Part shown: positions 38,014 to 49,270 of the stretch, piece after piece
Layout of the letters: each line of letters begins with the position of its first letter
Position numbering within the stretch: the first letter of the stretch is position 1
DNA from: an uncultured Chloroflexia bacterium
GTDB lineage: Bacteria; Chloroflexota; Limnocylindria; Limnocylindrales; CSP1-4
DNA length: 64,000 nt
NCBI GenBank assembly: GCA_963746845.1
Contig: CAVVCZ010000004.1
Coordinates: forward strand, 800,001 to 864,000
Reading direction: 5' to 3'
The notes under the pieces: model-generated
What the model was told of the DNA's origin: nothing
The model's database searches: none
Seen by the model: the letters and a program-made list of their open reading frames with translations, nothing else
Position numbers and translations under genes: made by a program

Positions 38014-39918
38014 TCAGGAAGCGAGCACCCGCGACACGGTCTGGGAGACGAAGCATTCGATGATGTCTCCTTCCTCCAGATCGTTGAAGTTCGCGAGGCC
38101 GATGCCACACTCGTAGTTCGTCGCGACCTCGCGAACGTCGTCCCGGAAGCGCCGCAGCGACTCGATCCGGTCGGTCGCCACGACCTTGCCGGCGCGCCAG
38201 ACGCGCGCGCCGCCCCGGACGATCCGGCCATCGGTGACGAAGCAGCCGGCGATGACCGTGCTCTTGCCGACCCGGAAGATCTGGCGAACCTCCGCACGAC
38301 CCTCGACGACCTCGATGATCTCCGGCTCGAGAAGCCCCTGGAGGGCGGCCGAGATGTCATCGGTCAGCTTGTAGATGATGTCGTAGAGGCGGACGTCGAC
38401 ACCCTCGGCCTCGGCGGCGCGGCGGGCGGTCTCGGTGATCTTCGTGTTGAAGCCCACGATGATCGCGTCCGACGCCGACGCCAGCATGATGTCGTTGTCC
38501 GTGATGTCGCCGGCACCCTCGTGGAGGACGTTGATCCGGATCTCGTCCTGGTTCAGCTGATCGAGGGCGTGGGTGATCGCTCCGAGCGAGCCGGACACGT
38601 CCGCCTTGAGGATGATCCGGAGCTCCTTGGCCTGGCCGGCCTGGATCTGCCGGTAGAGGTCCTCGAGCGTCGCGCGGCCGCTGCCCTCGCCGCTCTTCGC
38701 GGCGGCTTCGGCCTGACGCGTCTCGACCACCGCCCGGGCCGCCTTCTCGTCGGCGACGACACGGAGGATGTCACCGGCCTCGGGGACGGCCGACAGGCCG
38801 AGCACGACGACGGCGGACGACGGTCCGGCCTCCTGGAGGCGCTTGCCCTCCTCGTTCTCGAGCGCTCGGACCTTGCCGAACGTCTCGCCGACCACGATGA
38901 CGTCGCCGACGCGGAGGGTGCCGGTCTGGACGATCGCGGTCGCGACCGCGCCGCGGTTCTTGTCGAGCTGGGCCTCGACGATCGTGCCGACGGCGGCCCG
39001 CTTGGGGTTGGCCTTCAGCTCCTGGAGGTCGGCGACGAGCAGGATCATCTCGATCAGCTCGTCGAGCCCGACCCGCGTCCGGGCCGAGACGGGCACGAGC
39101 GGCGTGTCGCCGCCGTAGTCCTCGACGATCACGCCGGCCTCGGACAGCTCGGTCTTCACCCGATCCTGGTTGGCGTCCGCCTTGTCGATCTTGTTGAGGG
39201 CGATGATGATCGGCACCTTCGCCGCCTTGGCGTGGCTGATCGCCTCGAGCGTCTGGGGCATCACGCCGTCATCCGCGGCGACGACGACCACGGCGATGTC
39301 CGTGACCTTCGCCCCGCGGGCGCGCATCGCGGTGAACGCCTCGTGGCCCGGCGTGTCGAGGAACACGACGCGCTTGCCGTCGTGGTCGACCTCGCTCGCG
39401 CCGATGTGCTGGGTGATGCCGCCGCGCTCGCCCGCCGCGACCTCGGTTGTGCGGATCGCGTCGAGCAGGCTCGTCTTGCCGTGGTCGACATGGCCCATGA
39501 CGGTCACGATCGGGGCGCGCGGCACGAGGTCCGCCTCGTCGTCCGCGTCGAACAGGACCTCCTTGGCCGCGGGAGCCGGGGACTGCGTCTCCTCGCCCTC
39601 GACGGCGACGCCGGCTGCGGGGGCGATCGTCTCCGCCACCTCGTAGCCCAGCTCGCCGGCGACGAGTGACGCCGTGTCGCGGTCGATCAGCTGGTTGATG
39701 GTCGCGAAGATGCCGCTCTTGATCAGCTCGCGGATCACGTCCGCGGGATTGACCGCGAGGAGCTCGGCAAGCTCCTTGACGGTGATCGTCGCCGGCAGCT
39801 CGATCGCGCCGCGCTCGCGCGGGTCCAGGACCTGGACCTGCGACTGGGCGCCGCCTTCCCGGCGCGGCGGCTTGCGCGGTCCGCGTCGGCCGCGGGTGCC
39901 GCTCCTACTCCTGGCCAT
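38014..39918 (-). CDS. infB: translation initiation factor IF-2 (short N-terminus)
   Basis: [29 protein letters not shown]. Confidence 0.98.
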   Translation of the reverse strand: MARSRSGTRGRRGPRKPPRREGGAQSQVQVLDPRERGAIELPATITVKELAELLAVNPADVIRELIKSGIFATINQLIDRDTASLVAGELGYEVAETIAPAAGVAVEGEETQSPAPAAKEVLFDADDEADLVPRAPIVTVMGHVDHGKTSLLDAIRTTEVAAGERGGITQHIGASEVDHDGKRVVFLDTPGHEAFTAMRARGAKVTDIAVVVVAADDGVMPQTLEAISHAKAAKVPIIIALNKIDKADANQDRVKTELSEAGVIVEDYGGDTPLVPVSARTRVGLDELIEMILLVADLQELKANPKRAAVGTIVEAQLDKNRGAVATAIVQTGTLRVGDVIVVGETFGKVRALENEEGKRLQEAGPSSAVVVLGLSAVPEAGDILRVVADEKAARAVVETRQAEAAAKSGEGSGRATLEDLYRQIQAGQAKELRIILKADVSGSLGAITHALDQLNQDEIRINVLHEGAGDITDNDIMLASASDAIIVGFNTKITETARRAAEAEGVDVRLYDIIYKLTDDISAALQGLLEPEIIEVVEGRAEVRQIFRVGKSTVIAGCFVTDGRIVRGGARVWRAGKVVATDRIESLRRFRDDVREVATNYECGIGLANFNDLEEGDIIECFVSQTVSRVLAS

Positions 39919-40225
39919 GGGCTCCTCCTTCGATGTTCAGTGTCGACGGCCCTGCCGCAAGCGTCTCGCGCAGGTCGGACGGGACCGGTGCCGCGAGCGC
40001 GCGCCCGAGGGCGCCCCGCTCGACGGCGCGGGTCCAGCAGACGGCGTCCCGGCAGAGGTAGGCTCCCCTGCCGGCCAGCCGGCCGGTGGTATCGATTCTC
40101 ATGTCACCGTCCGGTGTTCGCACGATCCGGACGAGCTCACGCTTGGGTCGCGCCGTGCGACACGCGACGCACGACCGGGTCGGAACGCGACGTCGAGCCG
40201 GCACCCCCGGCCCGGGAGCAGTCAC
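39905..40225 (-). CDS. ylxR: YlxR (DUF448) family protein
   Basis: PTRSCVACR...KRELVRIVR...GRGAYLC; between nusA and infB; start approximate. Confidence 0.9.
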   Translation of the reverse strand: MTAPGPGVPARRRVPTRSCVACRTARPKRELVRIVRTPDGDMRIDTTGRLAGRGAYLCRDAVCWTRAVERGALGRALAAPVPSDLRETLAAGPSTLNIEGGAHGQE

Positions 40226-40275
40226 CTGCTCTCCGAGGTCGGCGGCGGAGCTCCGCGACGCCATCCGCCCGAGGT

Positions 40276-41715
40276 TTACGACGCCACCTCCTTGGCGGGC
40301 GTCTTCCTGGCTCGGGGCTTCTTCGCGGGGGCGGCATCGTCCGTAGCCGGCTCGGCCGCCGCCGACGGCCCTGCCGATGCGGCGTCGGCCGCCCCGGTGC
40401 CGTTCGTGGATGCCTTGACCGCCGGGGCGGCCTTCGTCGCCGTCGTTGTCGTCGCGCTCTTCGTGGCGGTCTTCGTCGCGGTCTTCGTCGCCGCCTTGCG
40501 CGGCTTGGTGGCCTTGACCGCCGGCTCCGCGGTCTCCGCGGCGTCCGCGGCTGGCGCCTCCGGCGCGACGGCGACGGCGACGGCGACCGGCACGGGCCGC
40601 GCCTCGCTCTCCGCTTCCGGGGCCGCGGCGACACGCGTGCCGCCCTCGGTGCCGTTCGTCTCGTCCTCGGCCGCCTTGGCGGCGACGGAGACGTCGCTCC
40701 GGATGTCGATCCGCCAGCCCGTGAGACGCGCGGCGAGCCGGGCGTTCTGGCCCTCGCGGCCGATCGCGAGCGAGAGCATCCGCTCGGGGACCGTGACGTT
40801 CGCGATCCGCTTCTCCTCGTCGATGTCGACGCCGATCACCTGGGCCGGGGACAGCGCATTCGCGACGAAGATGCTCGCGTCGTCGTTCCACGGGATGATG
40901 TCGATCTTCTCGCCACCGAGCTCCGCGACGACGGCCTGCACCCGGGCTCCGCGCTGGCCGACGGTCGCGCCGACCGGATCGAGCCCTTCCTGGCGCGAGG
41001 CGACGGCGACCTTCGAGCGCGAGCCGGGCTCACGCGCGATCGCCTTGATCTCGACCGTCCCGCTGTGGACCTCGGGAACCTCGAGCTCGAACAGCCGCTT
41101 CAGGAAGCCCTTGTGGGTCCGGCTCACGAGGATCTGCGGGCCACGGCTCGACCGACGGACCTCGAGGACGTAGGCCTTGACGTTCTGGCCGATCCGGTAG
41201 TGCTCGACCTGGGACTGCTCGGATGTCGCGAGGACCGCCTCGACGTTGTTGCCGACGTCGAGGATGATCGCCCGCGGCTCCACCCGGTTGACCGTCCCGG
41301 TGATCATCTCCCCTTCGCGGTTCGCGAACTTGTCGAAGACCTGGTCGCGCTCGACCTCGCGGATGCGCTGGAGGACGATCTGCTTCGCCGTCTGGGCGCC
41401 GATCCGGCCGAACACGTCGTCCGGGAGCTCCTCGGTCTCGACGAGGTCGCCCGCCTTCGCGTCCGGCTTGAGCGCCTTCGCCTCGTCGAGCGTGAACTCG
41501 ACGAGCGGGTCCTCGACCTCCTCGACGGCCACGCGAGCGCGGAAAACCCGGATCTTGCCCGTGTCGGCATCGATCCGGACGTGGATGTCCTCGTCACCGG
41601 CGACGCGGCGATAGGCGGACTGGATGCCGTCCTCCACCGCGGCGATCAGCTGCTCGCGGGAGACCTGCTTCTCGGCGTTGAGCTGGAGGAGGGCACCGAC
41701 GAAATCGCGACTCAC
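40276..41715 (-). CDS. nusA: transcription termination/antitermination factor NusA
   Basis: FGRIGAQTAKQ, AREPGSRSK, AIGREGQN; GGAGG SD before GTG 41715; Ala/Lys/Thr tail. Confidence 0.97.
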   Translation of the reverse strand: MSRDFVGALLQLNAEKQVSREQLIAAVEDGIQSAYRRVAGDEDIHVRIDADTGKIRVFRARVAVEEVEDPLVEFTLDEAKALKPDAKAGDLVETEELPDDVFGRIGAQTAKQIVLQRIREVERDQVFDKFANREGEMITGTVNRVEPRAIILDVGNNVEAVLATSEQSQVEHYRIGQNVKAYVLEVRRSSRGPQILVSRTHKGFLKRLFELEVPEVHSGTVEIKAIAREPGSRSKVAVASRQEGLDPVGATVGQRGARVQAVVAELGGEKIDIIPWNDDASIFVANALSPAQVIGVDIDEEKRIANVTVPERMLSLAIGREGQNARLAARLTGWRIDIRSDVSVAAKAAEDETNGTEGGTRVAAAPEAESEARPVPVAVAVAVAPEAPAADAAETAEPAVKATKPRKAATKTATKTATKSATTTTATKAAPAVKASTNGTGAADAASAGPSAAAEPATDDAAPAKKPRARKTPAKEVAS

Positions 41716-41754
41716 GGCGCCTCCTCGCTGCTGCCAAGTTCCCGGTGGGCCGAC

Positions 41755-41781
41755 AAAAAGAAACGTGGGGGTCACCCACGT
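41755..41781 (-). terminator. leader terminator upstream of nusA (rimP-leader-like attenuator)
   Basis: mRNA ACGUGGG-ugacc-CCCACGU-UUCUUUUU, ~30 nt after TATACT (41810-41815). Confidence 0.7.
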
Positions 41782-41986
41782 CACGGAGCGGCCGTTCAGT
41801 TCGGGCCGAAGTATACACCCGGGAGCGTGGATCGTCCTCGACGCGCAGGGTCCGGCCCCGTGCCCGGAACGGCTCAAATGACAGCCAAGCGAGCCTTCGG
41901 CCGGGTCGGCGCCCGCGAGTGGTCCAACGGCCGTCCCGACCACGCGTCCGAGCCGAATTCGGGCCCCCGACGGTCCGTGGGTTGCC

Positions 41987-43282
41987 TTACCCCGTCGTGG
42001 CTGGCGTTTGAGCGGTTTCCGCGATCGGCCCGGAATCCGAGCCGTTCGCCGTGCCCGGATAGCGCCGGTCGACGTACGCCTCGAGGATGTCGATGAACTC
42101 GGCGACCAGCCCGTCGCCGCGGAGCGTCCGATCGAGTCTGCCGTCGATGAACACCGGCGCGACCGGATCCTCGAAGGTGCCCGGGAGCGAGATCCCGATA
42201 TCGGCGTGCTTGCTCTCCCCGGGGCCGTTCACCACGCAGCCCATGACCGCGACCCGCATCTCCTCGACCCCCGGGTGCGTCTCCGCCCAGGCCGGCATCC
42301 GCTCCTTCAGGTGGCCCTGGATCTGCTGGGCCATCTCCTGGAAGAACGTCGAGGTCGTCCGGCCGCAGCCCGGGCACGCGCTGACCTGGGGCAGGAACGA
42401 GCGCAGCCCCATCGACTGGAGGACCTGCTGGGCGATCTCGACCTCGCGCTCGCGTCCGGCCCCGGGCTCCGGGGTCAGCGAGACGCGGATCGTGTCGCCG
42501 ATCCCCTCGTTGAGCAGGATCGCCAGCCCCGCCGTCGAGGCGACGATCCCCTTGTCACCCATCCCCGCCTCGGTCAGCCCGAGGTGGAGCGGGTAGTCGC
42601 TCCGGGTGGCGAGGGAGCGGTAGACGTCGATCAGGTCGCGGACCTGCGAGACCTTCGCGCTGATGATGATCCGGTCGTGCCCGAGCCCGGTCTCTTCGGC
42701 GAGCTCGGCCGAGCGCATCGCCGATTCGATCATCGCCTCGATCATCACGTCGCGGGCGTCCCGCGCCTGCGCGGCGGCGGCGTTCGCGTTCATGAGCTCG
42801 GTCAGGAGTTGCTGATCGAGCGAGCCCCAGTTCACGCCGATCCGAACCGGCTTGTCGTTCTCGATCGCCACCCGGACGATCGTCGCGAAATGCTCGTCGT
42901 GACGCTTCGCTCCGACGTTGCCCGGGTTGATCCGGTACTTCGCGAGCGCCTTCGCCATCGCCGGGTACTCGACCAGGAGCTTGTGGCCGTTGTAGTGGAA
43001 GTCGCCGATCACCGGCACGTCCACGCCCAGGTTGTCCCGGAGCTTGTCCATCATCGCGGGGACGGCCGCCGCGGCCTGCTCCGTGTTCACGGTGACCCGG
43101 ACGAGCTGCGACCCGGCGTGTGCCAGGCGTGCGACCTGGATCGCGGTCGCGTCCGGATCCGCGGTGTCGGTGTTGGTCATCGACTGGACGACGATCGGAT
43201 GGGCACTGCCGACGAGGACGCCGCCGACGTCGACACTCACGGTCGAGCGTCGACGCGGCCGGAGGGAGTCGCGGCTGGTCAT
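41987..43282 (-). CDS. ispG: HMBPP synthase
   Basis: [39 protein letters not shown]. Confidence 0.97.
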   Translation of the reverse strand: MTSRDSLRPRRRSTVSVDVGGVLVGSAHPIVVQSMTNTDTADPDATAIQVARLAHAGSQLVRVTVNTEQAAAAVPAMMDKLRDNLGVDVPVIGDFHYNGHKLLVEYPAMAKALAKYRINPGNVGAKRHDEHFATIVRVAIENDKPVRIGVNWGSLDQQLLTELMNANAAAAQARDARDVMIEAMIESAMRSAELAEETGLGHDRIIISAKVSQVRDLIDVYRSLATRSDYPLHLGLTEAGMGDKGIVASTAGLAILLNEGIGDTIRVSLTPEPGAGREREVEIAQQVLQSMGLRSFLPQVSACPGCGRTTSTFFQEMAQQIQGHLKERMPAWAETHPGVEEMRVAVMGCVVNGPGESKHADIGISLPGTFEDPVAPVFIDGRLDRTLRGDGLVAEFIDILEAYVDRRYPGTANGSDSGPIAETAQTPATTG

Positions 43283-43313
43283 CGGATGGGGCCGGGCGAG
43301 CGGCGGCGGCCGC

Positions 43314-44420
43314 CTACGACCCGCCGGACAGGATCCGGACGATGTCGAAGCCGCTCACCCAGATCAGGAACCCGAACAGGAACACGAACCCGACGAGGTA
43401 CGTCAGGCGCTCCGCCCGGACGCTGATCCGAGTCCCGAAGATCGCCTTCAACGCGATCATCAGCATCCGTCCGCCATCGAGCGGGGGGAACGGCAGGCTG
43501 TTCACGAGGGCGAGGTTCGCCGAGAGGATCCCCGCGACGTACAGCGTCATCACCGGGCCCGCCCCGAAGAACACGTCGCCGATCTGGGTCGCGATTCCGA
43601 CCGGTCCGGCAACCGGCGGCGGCGCTGTCGGGTTCGCGGCGACCTGGCGGACAAGATCGCCCAGCCCGCCGAGGATCACCCCGAACCAGTGGACGGTCTC
43701 GGCCGCCCCGACCCGGATCGCGCTGGGCAGGTCGCGCTGGTACGTGCCGAAGAAGCGCGCCTGGAACGGGGTCTCGTTACCGCTGATGCCCAGCGGCCCG
43801 TGCTCGGCGTCGATCTGGTCGGCCGAGCGGAGCGTGACGGTGACCGCCTCCTGGGTGCCGTCCGCACGCTCGATCGTGAGGGTGACCGCCTGGCCGAGCT
43901 TCTCGCGGAGCGTGGTGAGGACGCTCGTGTCGCCGAAGAACTCGCTCTTCTGGCCATCGATCGCGAGGATCGCGTCGCCGGGCTGGAGGCCGGCGGCCGC
44001 GGCCGGGGACCCGGCCTGGACGTCGAAGAAGCGCAGGCCGACGAACGGCGTCGCCAGCCAGGCGATGAGGGTGAAGATCAGGAAGGCGACCAGCAGGTTC
44101 ATCAGCACGCCGGCCGCGAGGATGATCATCTTCTTCGGGAAGCTGGCCCGGACGAACGAGCGCGGATCGTCGGTGTCGTCGCCGTCCTCGCCCTCGAGCT
44201 TGACGAAGCCGCCGATCGGCAGCCAGTTCAGCGTGTAGAGGGTCTCGCCGCGCGAGCGGAGGACCTTCGCTCGCGGCGGGAAGCCGATCCCGAACTCGAG
44301 GACCCGGACACCCGCCAGCCGGGCGGTGATGAAGTGGCCGAGCTCGTGGACGATGACCAGACCGCCGAGGATGATGATGAAGAGCGCGACGGTGATCAGG
44401 ACGCCGAGCGGGCCGCTCAC
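43314..44420 (-). CDS. rseP: RIP metalloprotease (M50, PDZ)
   Basis: [21 protein letters not shown]. Confidence 0.93.
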   Translation of the reverse strand: MSGPLGVLITVALFIIILGGLVIVHELGHFITARLAGVRVLEFGIGFPPRAKVLRSRGETLYTLNWLPIGGFVKLEGEDGDDTDDPRSFVRASFPKKMIILAAGVLMNLLVAFLIFTLIAWLATPFVGLRFFDVQAGSPAAAAGLQPGDAILAIDGQKSEFFGDTSVLTTLREKLGQAVTLTIERADGTQEAVTVTLRSADQIDAEHGPLGISGNETPFQARFFGTYQRDLPSAIRVGAAETVHWFGVILGGLGDLVRQVAANPTAPPPVAGPVGIATQIGDVFFGAGPVMTLYVAGILSANLALVNSLPFPPLDGGRMLMIALKAIFGTRISVRAERLTYLVGFVFLFGFLIWVSGFDIVRILSGGS

Positions 44421-45649
44421 GCGATCGCCCCGATCGGGCCGTGGGCGAACGCCCCCCGGACCTCGGCGTCGAGGGCCACGAGCGTCTCGACGTCCGGCGC
44501 CTGGTCGGCGCCCTCACCGAACCGGGCGACGGCCGCTGCCAGCAGCACGGGGATCTCGTCGAACCGGAGGGTGCCCGCCAGGAAACGGTCGACGGCCACG
44601 TCGTCCGCCGCGATCAGCGCCGTCGTCGCACGCTGGCCGATCCGGCCGGCCTCACGAGCGACGCCGAGTGCCGGGAACCGGGCGAGGTCCGGGGCGCGGA
44701 AGTCGAGCCGGCCGGCTGCGACGAGGTCGACGGCGGCCGACGGCGACGGGCGGCGATCAGGGTAGGTCAGGGCGTACTGGATCGGGGTGCGCATGTCCGG
44801 GGTGCCCAACTGGGCCTTCAGCGAGCCGTCCACGAACTGGACCGCTGAGTGGACGACGCTCTGCGGATGGACGACCACGTCGATCGCGGCGTCGTCGACA
44901 TCGTACAGCCAGCGTGCTTCGACGACCTCCAGGCCCTTGTTCGCGAGCGTGGCCGAGTCGATGGTGATCTTCGCGCCCATCGACCACGTGGGATGGCGGA
45001 GCGCCTGCTCCGGGGTCACCGTCGAGAGGTCCGCGGGTCCGTCGAGGAAGGGCCCGCCCGACGCCGTGAGCACCAGCGACGCGACCCGGCTCAGCGACTC
45101 CCCGACGAGGCACTGCCAGATCGCGGAGTGCTCGCTGTCGATCGGGCGGAGCCAGGCGAGCGGGCTGGCGAACGGGTCGCCGGGCGTCGTGGCCGCGACG
45201 GCCGACGCGCGAGCGCGCGCGAGCGGCATGACGAGGTGCCCGCCGGCGACGAGCGTCTCCTTGTTCGCGGTGGCGACGACCTTGCCGGCCCCGAGGGCCG
45301 CGAGGACCGGACGGAGGCTGACGATGCCACCGGTGGCGACGACGACGAGGTCGACGTCGTCGCGCATCGCGAGTGCGACGAGCCGGTCCGTCCCCTCCCC
45401 CGAGATCCGCTCTGTGCCGGCCGGCAGATCGATCGGTTCGTCGCTCGCGAGGACGATCGCCGCCGGCCGGAACCGTGCGGCCTGGTCCGCGAGGTCGCGC
45501 GCCCGACCACCGGCCGCCAGGGCCACGACCTCGAACGCGTCCGGGTGGCGCCCGAGGACGTCGAGCGCCTGCGTGCCGATCGAGCCGGTCGAACCGAGGA
45601 CGGCGACGCGGCGACGCCGTCCGGGCTCAGCGGTACGCGGCGAGGACAT
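44417..45649 (-). CDS. dxr: 1-deoxy-D-xylulose-5-phosphate reductoisomerase
   Basis: GSTGSIG, ANKETLV, DSEHSA, HPTWSMGAKITIDSAT. Confidence 0.97.
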   Translation of the reverse strand: MSSPRTAEPGRRRRVAVLGSTGSIGTQALDVLGRHPDAFEVVALAAGGRARDLADQAARFRPAAIVLASDEPIDLPAGTERISGEGTDRLVALAMRDDVDLVVVATGGIVSLRPVLAALGAGKVVATANKETLVAGGHLVMPLARARASAVAATTPGDPFASPLAWLRPIDSEHSAIWQCLVGESLSRVASLVLTASGGPFLDGPADLSTVTPEQALRHPTWSMGAKITIDSATLANKGLEVVEARWLYDVDDAAIDVVVHPQSVVHSAVQFVDGSLKAQLGTPDMRTPIQYALTYPDRRPSPSAAVDLVAAGRLDFRAPDLARFPALGVAREAGRIGQRATTALIAADDVAVDRFLAGTLRFDEIPVLLAAAVARFGEGADQAPDVETLVALDAEVRGAFAHGPIGAIA

Positions 45650-46457
45650 ACAGGAGGACGACGGGCGCCGCGAACAGGAACGAGTCGACGCGGTCGAGGA
45701 TCCCGCCGTGGCCCGGGATCAGGTGGCTGGAGTCCTTGGCTCCGGCGGCCCGCTTGAGCATGGATTCCGCGAGGTCACCCGCCTGCGCGGCGAGCGCGAG
45801 GAGCGGACCGAGGAGGAGCGCCCCGACGGGTGATCGGCCGAGCCCCGCGAGCATCAGCCCGACGACGATCGTCGAGGCGATGATCCCGCCGATCAACCCG
45901 GCGTACGACTTCGAGGGCGAGATGTGGGTGAGGAACTTCCGGCGCCCGAACCGGCTGCCGATGAAATATGCGCCCGTGTCGTACGCCCAGACCGACAGGA
46001 TCAGGAGGAGGATCCAGCCCTGCTCCGCGCTGAACCAGGAGAGCGGCGACCCGCTCGGCGTCTCCGGGGCGCGCTGGCCGAGCCGGAGGACGAACGCGAG
46101 CAGCGAGGCGTACATCGCCCCGAACACGGTGGCGAACCACGTCGGCAGGCCCTCACGCGGATCGAGACGGGTGAGGGCGCCGGCCGCCGCGAGGATCGTG
46201 CCGATCGCCAGCAGGAGGGTGCCGTTCGGGTCGATGGCCGGGGCCGCCGCCGCATCGAGGACGAGCGCGACGGTGAGCGCGATCCCGAACCAGGCAAGGC
46301 TCGGATAGCCCGCTCCGGTCAGCAACGCGAAGACCTCTCGGGCCGCGAGGCCCGCGGCCACGGTGATGAGGAGGACGATCCACGGCCCGCCGAGGAGCAG
46401 CGCGACGAGCAGGGGCGGGACGAGGACGGCGGCGCCGATCGCGCGCTGACGAAGCAT
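45627..46457 (-). CDS. cdsA: phosphatidate cytidylyltransferase
   Basis: DTGAYF, SPSKS, GDLAESMLKR, KDS..IPGHGGILDRVDS. Confidence 0.95.
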   Translation of the reverse strand: MLRQRAIGAAVLVPPLLVALLLGGPWIVLLITVAAGLAAREVFALLTGAGYPSLAWFGIALTVALVLDAAAAPAIDPNGTLLLAIGTILAAAGALTRLDPREGLPTWFATVFGAMYASLLAFVLRLGQRAPETPSGSPLSWFSAEQGWILLLILSVWAYDTGAYFIGSRFGRRKFLTHISPSKSYAGLIGGIIASTIVVGLMLAGLGRSPVGALLLGPLLALAAQAGDLAESMLKRAAGAKDSSHLIPGHGGILDRVDSFLFAAPVVLLYVLAAYR

Positions 46458-46482
46458 CCCGTTCTGCCCGATCAGCCGGCGC

Positions 46483-47289
46483 TCAGCGCCCGAACCGTCG
46501 TGTCCGGCTGGCGAACTCGAGGAGCGCGGCGTCGAAGGCGTCGGCGCCGAAGTCCGGCCACAGGACCTCGGTCGTGTAGAGCTCGGCGTAGGCGGCCTGC
46601 CAGATCAGGAAGTTCGAGAGACGCTGCTCGCCGCCGGTCCGGATCACCAGGTCCGGGTCCGGCAGCCCGGCGGTGTAGAGCGCGTCGGCGATCGTCGTCT
46701 CGTCGATCGCGGCGGGGTCCACCCCGCTGGCGGCGATCCGCCGGAAGGCGTCGACGATCTCCGTCCGGCCGGCGTAGTTGAACGCGACATTGAGGAGGAG
46801 CTTCGTGCCGTCCGCGGTCTCGGCGAGCGCCTCGCCGATCGATCGCCGGGTGTCCTCGGGCAGCTCATCCGCCCGCCCCAGGAGCCGGATCCGGACGCCC
46901 TGCGACTTCAGCTCGGCCGTCTCGCTCCGGATCGCGCCCTCGAGCAGGGCGAACAGCGCACGGACCTCGTCGTCCGAGCGGGCCCAGTTCTCGCGGCTGA
47001 ACGCGTAGACGGTCACGACGGGAACGCCGCGCCGGACCGCGTGCCGGAGGAGGGTCCGGATCGCCTCGACGCCGGCGGCATGGCCCTCGACCTCGGGCAG
47101 GCCGCGCTGGCGGGCCCAGCGCCGGTTGCCATCCATGATGATCGCGACGTGCCGCGGGAGGTCGGCCTCCGCCAGGAGGCGCTCCGGAGCCGGCTCGGGG
47201 GTCGGTGCGGGCGCGCTGACGTCGTCCGGGCTCGGTCGGTGCGCCGTCGGCGGCGCGTCGGTCGGGCGGGCGAGCGGCGGACCGGCCAC
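46483..47289 (-). CDS. uppS: polyprenyl diphosphate synthase
   Basis: IMDGNRRWA, FSRENW, RTGGEQRLSNF; GTG overlaps frr stop. Confidence 0.95.
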   Translation of the reverse strand: MAGPPLARPTDAPPTAHRPSPDDVSAPAPTPEPAPERLLAEADLPRHVAIIMDGNRRWARQRGLPEVEGHAAGVEAIRTLLRHAVRRGVPVVTVYAFSRENWARSDDEVRALFALLEGAIRSETAELKSQGVRIRLLGRADELPEDTRRSIGEALAETADGTKLLLNVAFNYAGRTEIVDAFRRIAASGVDPAAIDETTIADALYTAGLPDPDLVIRTGGEQRLSNFLIWQAAYAELYTTEVLWPDFGADAFDAALLEFASRTRRFGR

Positions 47290-47846
47290 TAGACCTCCAT
47301 GACCTCCTGTTCCTTGACGGCGCCGAGACGGTCGACCTCGCCGATCCATCGATCCGTCGTGCGCTGGAGCTGGTCGAGCTGCCGGTGCGACTCGTCCGAC
47401 CCGACAGAGCCGTCCCGCTCTTCCTTCTTCAGGTCGTCGGCGGCCTCGCGGCGCAGGTTGCGGATCTCGACGCGTGCATCCTCCATCCGCTTGTGGACGC
47501 TCTTCACGAGGTCCCTGCGACGCTCCTCGGTGAGCGGCGGGATGTTCAGGCGGACGACGGTCCCGTCAACGTTCGGGACGAGCCCGAGCTCGCTCTTCTG
47601 GATCGCCTTCTCGATCGCCCCGAGGACGGCGCGATCCCACGGCTGGATGACGATCTGGTGCGACTCCGGGACGCTGATGCCCGCGAGCTGGTTGAGCGGC
47701 GTCTGGGTCCCGTAGTAGTCGACCGTGAGCCGCTCGACGAGCGCGGTGGATGCCCGGCCCGTCCGGAACGCCTGGAAGTCGCGCTCCATCGCCTCGACGG
47801 CACGACCCATCTTGTGGTCGGCGGACGAGATCGTCTCGCTGCTCAT
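47289..47846 (-). CDS. frr: ribosome recycling factor
   Basis: [17 protein letters not shown]. Confidence 0.97.
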   Translation of the reverse strand: MSSETISSADHKMGRAVEAMERDFQAFRTGRASTALVERLTVDYYGTQTPLNQLAGISVPESHQIVIQPWDRAVLGAIEKAIQKSELGLVPNVDGTVVRLNIPPLTEERRRDLVKSVHKRMEDARVEIRNLRREAADDLKKEERDGSVGSDESHRQLDQLQRTTDRWIGEVDRLGAVKEQEVMEV

Positions 47847-48589
47847 CGGCTGCCTCCGATGGCGCTCGCGGCGCCGGAGATCCGCGTGCCGACGGGCTGG
47901 CCGGCGGCGACCCGCGTGATGTTGTCGGGCTGGTTGAGGTCGAAGACGACGATCGGGAGATCGTTCTCCATGCAGAGCGACACCGCCGCGGCGTCGAGGA
48001 CCTTGAGCTGGTCGCGGAGGAGGTCGGCGTACTCCAGCTCAGCGTAGCGCCGGGCTCCCGGGTTGGTCACGGGATCGGCGTCGTAGACCCCATCCACCTT
48101 GGTGGCCTTGAGGAGCACCTCGGCGCCGATCTCCACGGCGCGGAGCGCGGCCGCGGTGTCGGTCGTGAAGTACGGGTTGCCGGTCCCGGCCACGAAGATC
48201 GCGACCCGGCCCTTCTCGAGGTGACGCACCGCACGACGCCGGATGTACGGCTCGGCGACCTCGTTCATCGCGATCGCGCTCATCACGCGGGTCTGGACGC
48301 CCGCGCGCTCCAGCGCGTCCTGGAGCGCCAGCCCGTTCATGACGGTCGCCAGCATCCCGATGTAGTCGCCGGTCGCGCGATCCATGCCGCTCGCGGCCGC
48401 CGCCAGGCCACGGAAGATGTTCCCGCCGCCCACGACGATCCCGACCTGGACGCCGAGACGGTGGACCTCAGCGACCTGCCGCGCGATGAACGCGCAGAAC
48501 GACGGGTCGACGCCGTACTGGCGGTCGCCCAGAAGCGCTTCGCCGGACAGCTTCAGGAGGATCCGCTTGTAGCGGAGTGCCTCGCTCAC
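47843..48589 (-). CDS. pyrH: UMP kinase
   Basis: [25 protein letters not shown]. Confidence 0.97.
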   Translation of the reverse strand: MSEALRYKRILLKLSGEALLGDRQYGVDPSFCAFIARQVAEVHRLGVQVGIVVGGGNIFRGLAAAASGMDRATGDYIGMLATVMNGLALQDALERAGVQTRVMSAIAMNEVAEPYIRRRAVRHLEKGRVAIFVAGTGNPYFTTDTAAALRAVEIGAEVLLKATKVDGVYDADPVTNPGARRYAELEYADLLRDQLKVLDAAAVSLCMENDLPIVVFDLNQPDNITRVAAGQPVGTRISGAASAIGGSR

Positions 48590-49185
48590 AGCTCCTCCCC
48601 GAGGGCGTAGCGGGTGAACCGTCGGACGCGGATGTTCTCGCCGATCGTGGAGATCTTCTCCGTGATCAGGTCGCGCACGGACCGCTCCTCGTCGCGGAAC
48701 GGCTGGTCGAGCAGACAGACCTGCGAGTACCACTTCTTCAGCTGGCCCTCGACGATCTGCGGGCGGATGTTCTCGGGCTTCTTCTGGGTGGCCTCGTCGC
48801 GGAGGAGCTCGGCCTTTCTGGCCTCGAGGTCCGCCGCCGGGATGGCGTCGGCGTCGACGTAGAGCGGGTTCAGGCCGGCGACCTGGACGGCCAGGTCGCG
48901 GACCAGTCGCTGGAACTCGTCCGTCCGGGCGACGAAGTCCGTCTCGCAGTTGACCTCGATCAGGACGCCGACCCGGCCACCGGTGTGGATGTAGCTCGCG
49001 ACGAGGCCGTCATGGGCGTCGCGGCTCGCCTTCTTCGCGGCGGCCGCGAGCCCACGCTCGCGCAGGATCGCGATCGCCCCTTCGAGATCGCCGTCGGCCT
49101 CGACGAGCGCGTTCTTGCAGTCCATGAAGCCGGCGCCGGTCCGCTCGCGCAGCTCCTTGACCTTCGCGGCAGAGATGTCCGCCAT
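48586..49185 (-). CDS. tsf: elongation factor Ts (short ~199-aa type)
   Basis: [24 protein letters not shown]. Confidence 0.97.
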   Translation of the reverse strand: MADISAAKVKELRERTGAGFMDCKNALVEADGDLEGAIAILRERGLAAAAKKASRDAHDGLVASYIHTGGRVGVLIEVNCETDFVARTDEFQRLVRDLAVQVAGLNPLYVDADAIPAADLEARKAELLRDEATQKKPENIRPQIVEGQLKKWYSQVCLLDQPFRDEERSVRDLITEKISTIGENIRVRRFTRYALGEEL

Positions 49186-49270
49186 GTCGTTCGGGTTCTC
49201 CTGTGTCGGTCCGCGACCCGCGTTCGGGGCCGCGGCAGTGGGCAATGTGGTCGGGCGTGCTCGCCCGGGA

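Noticed and set aside
48586-49185. Short EF-Ts (and short IF-2) as truncations
   Set aside because: Short EF-Ts and short-N-terminus IF-2 forms are known in several deep-branching phyla, and the core motifs are intact.
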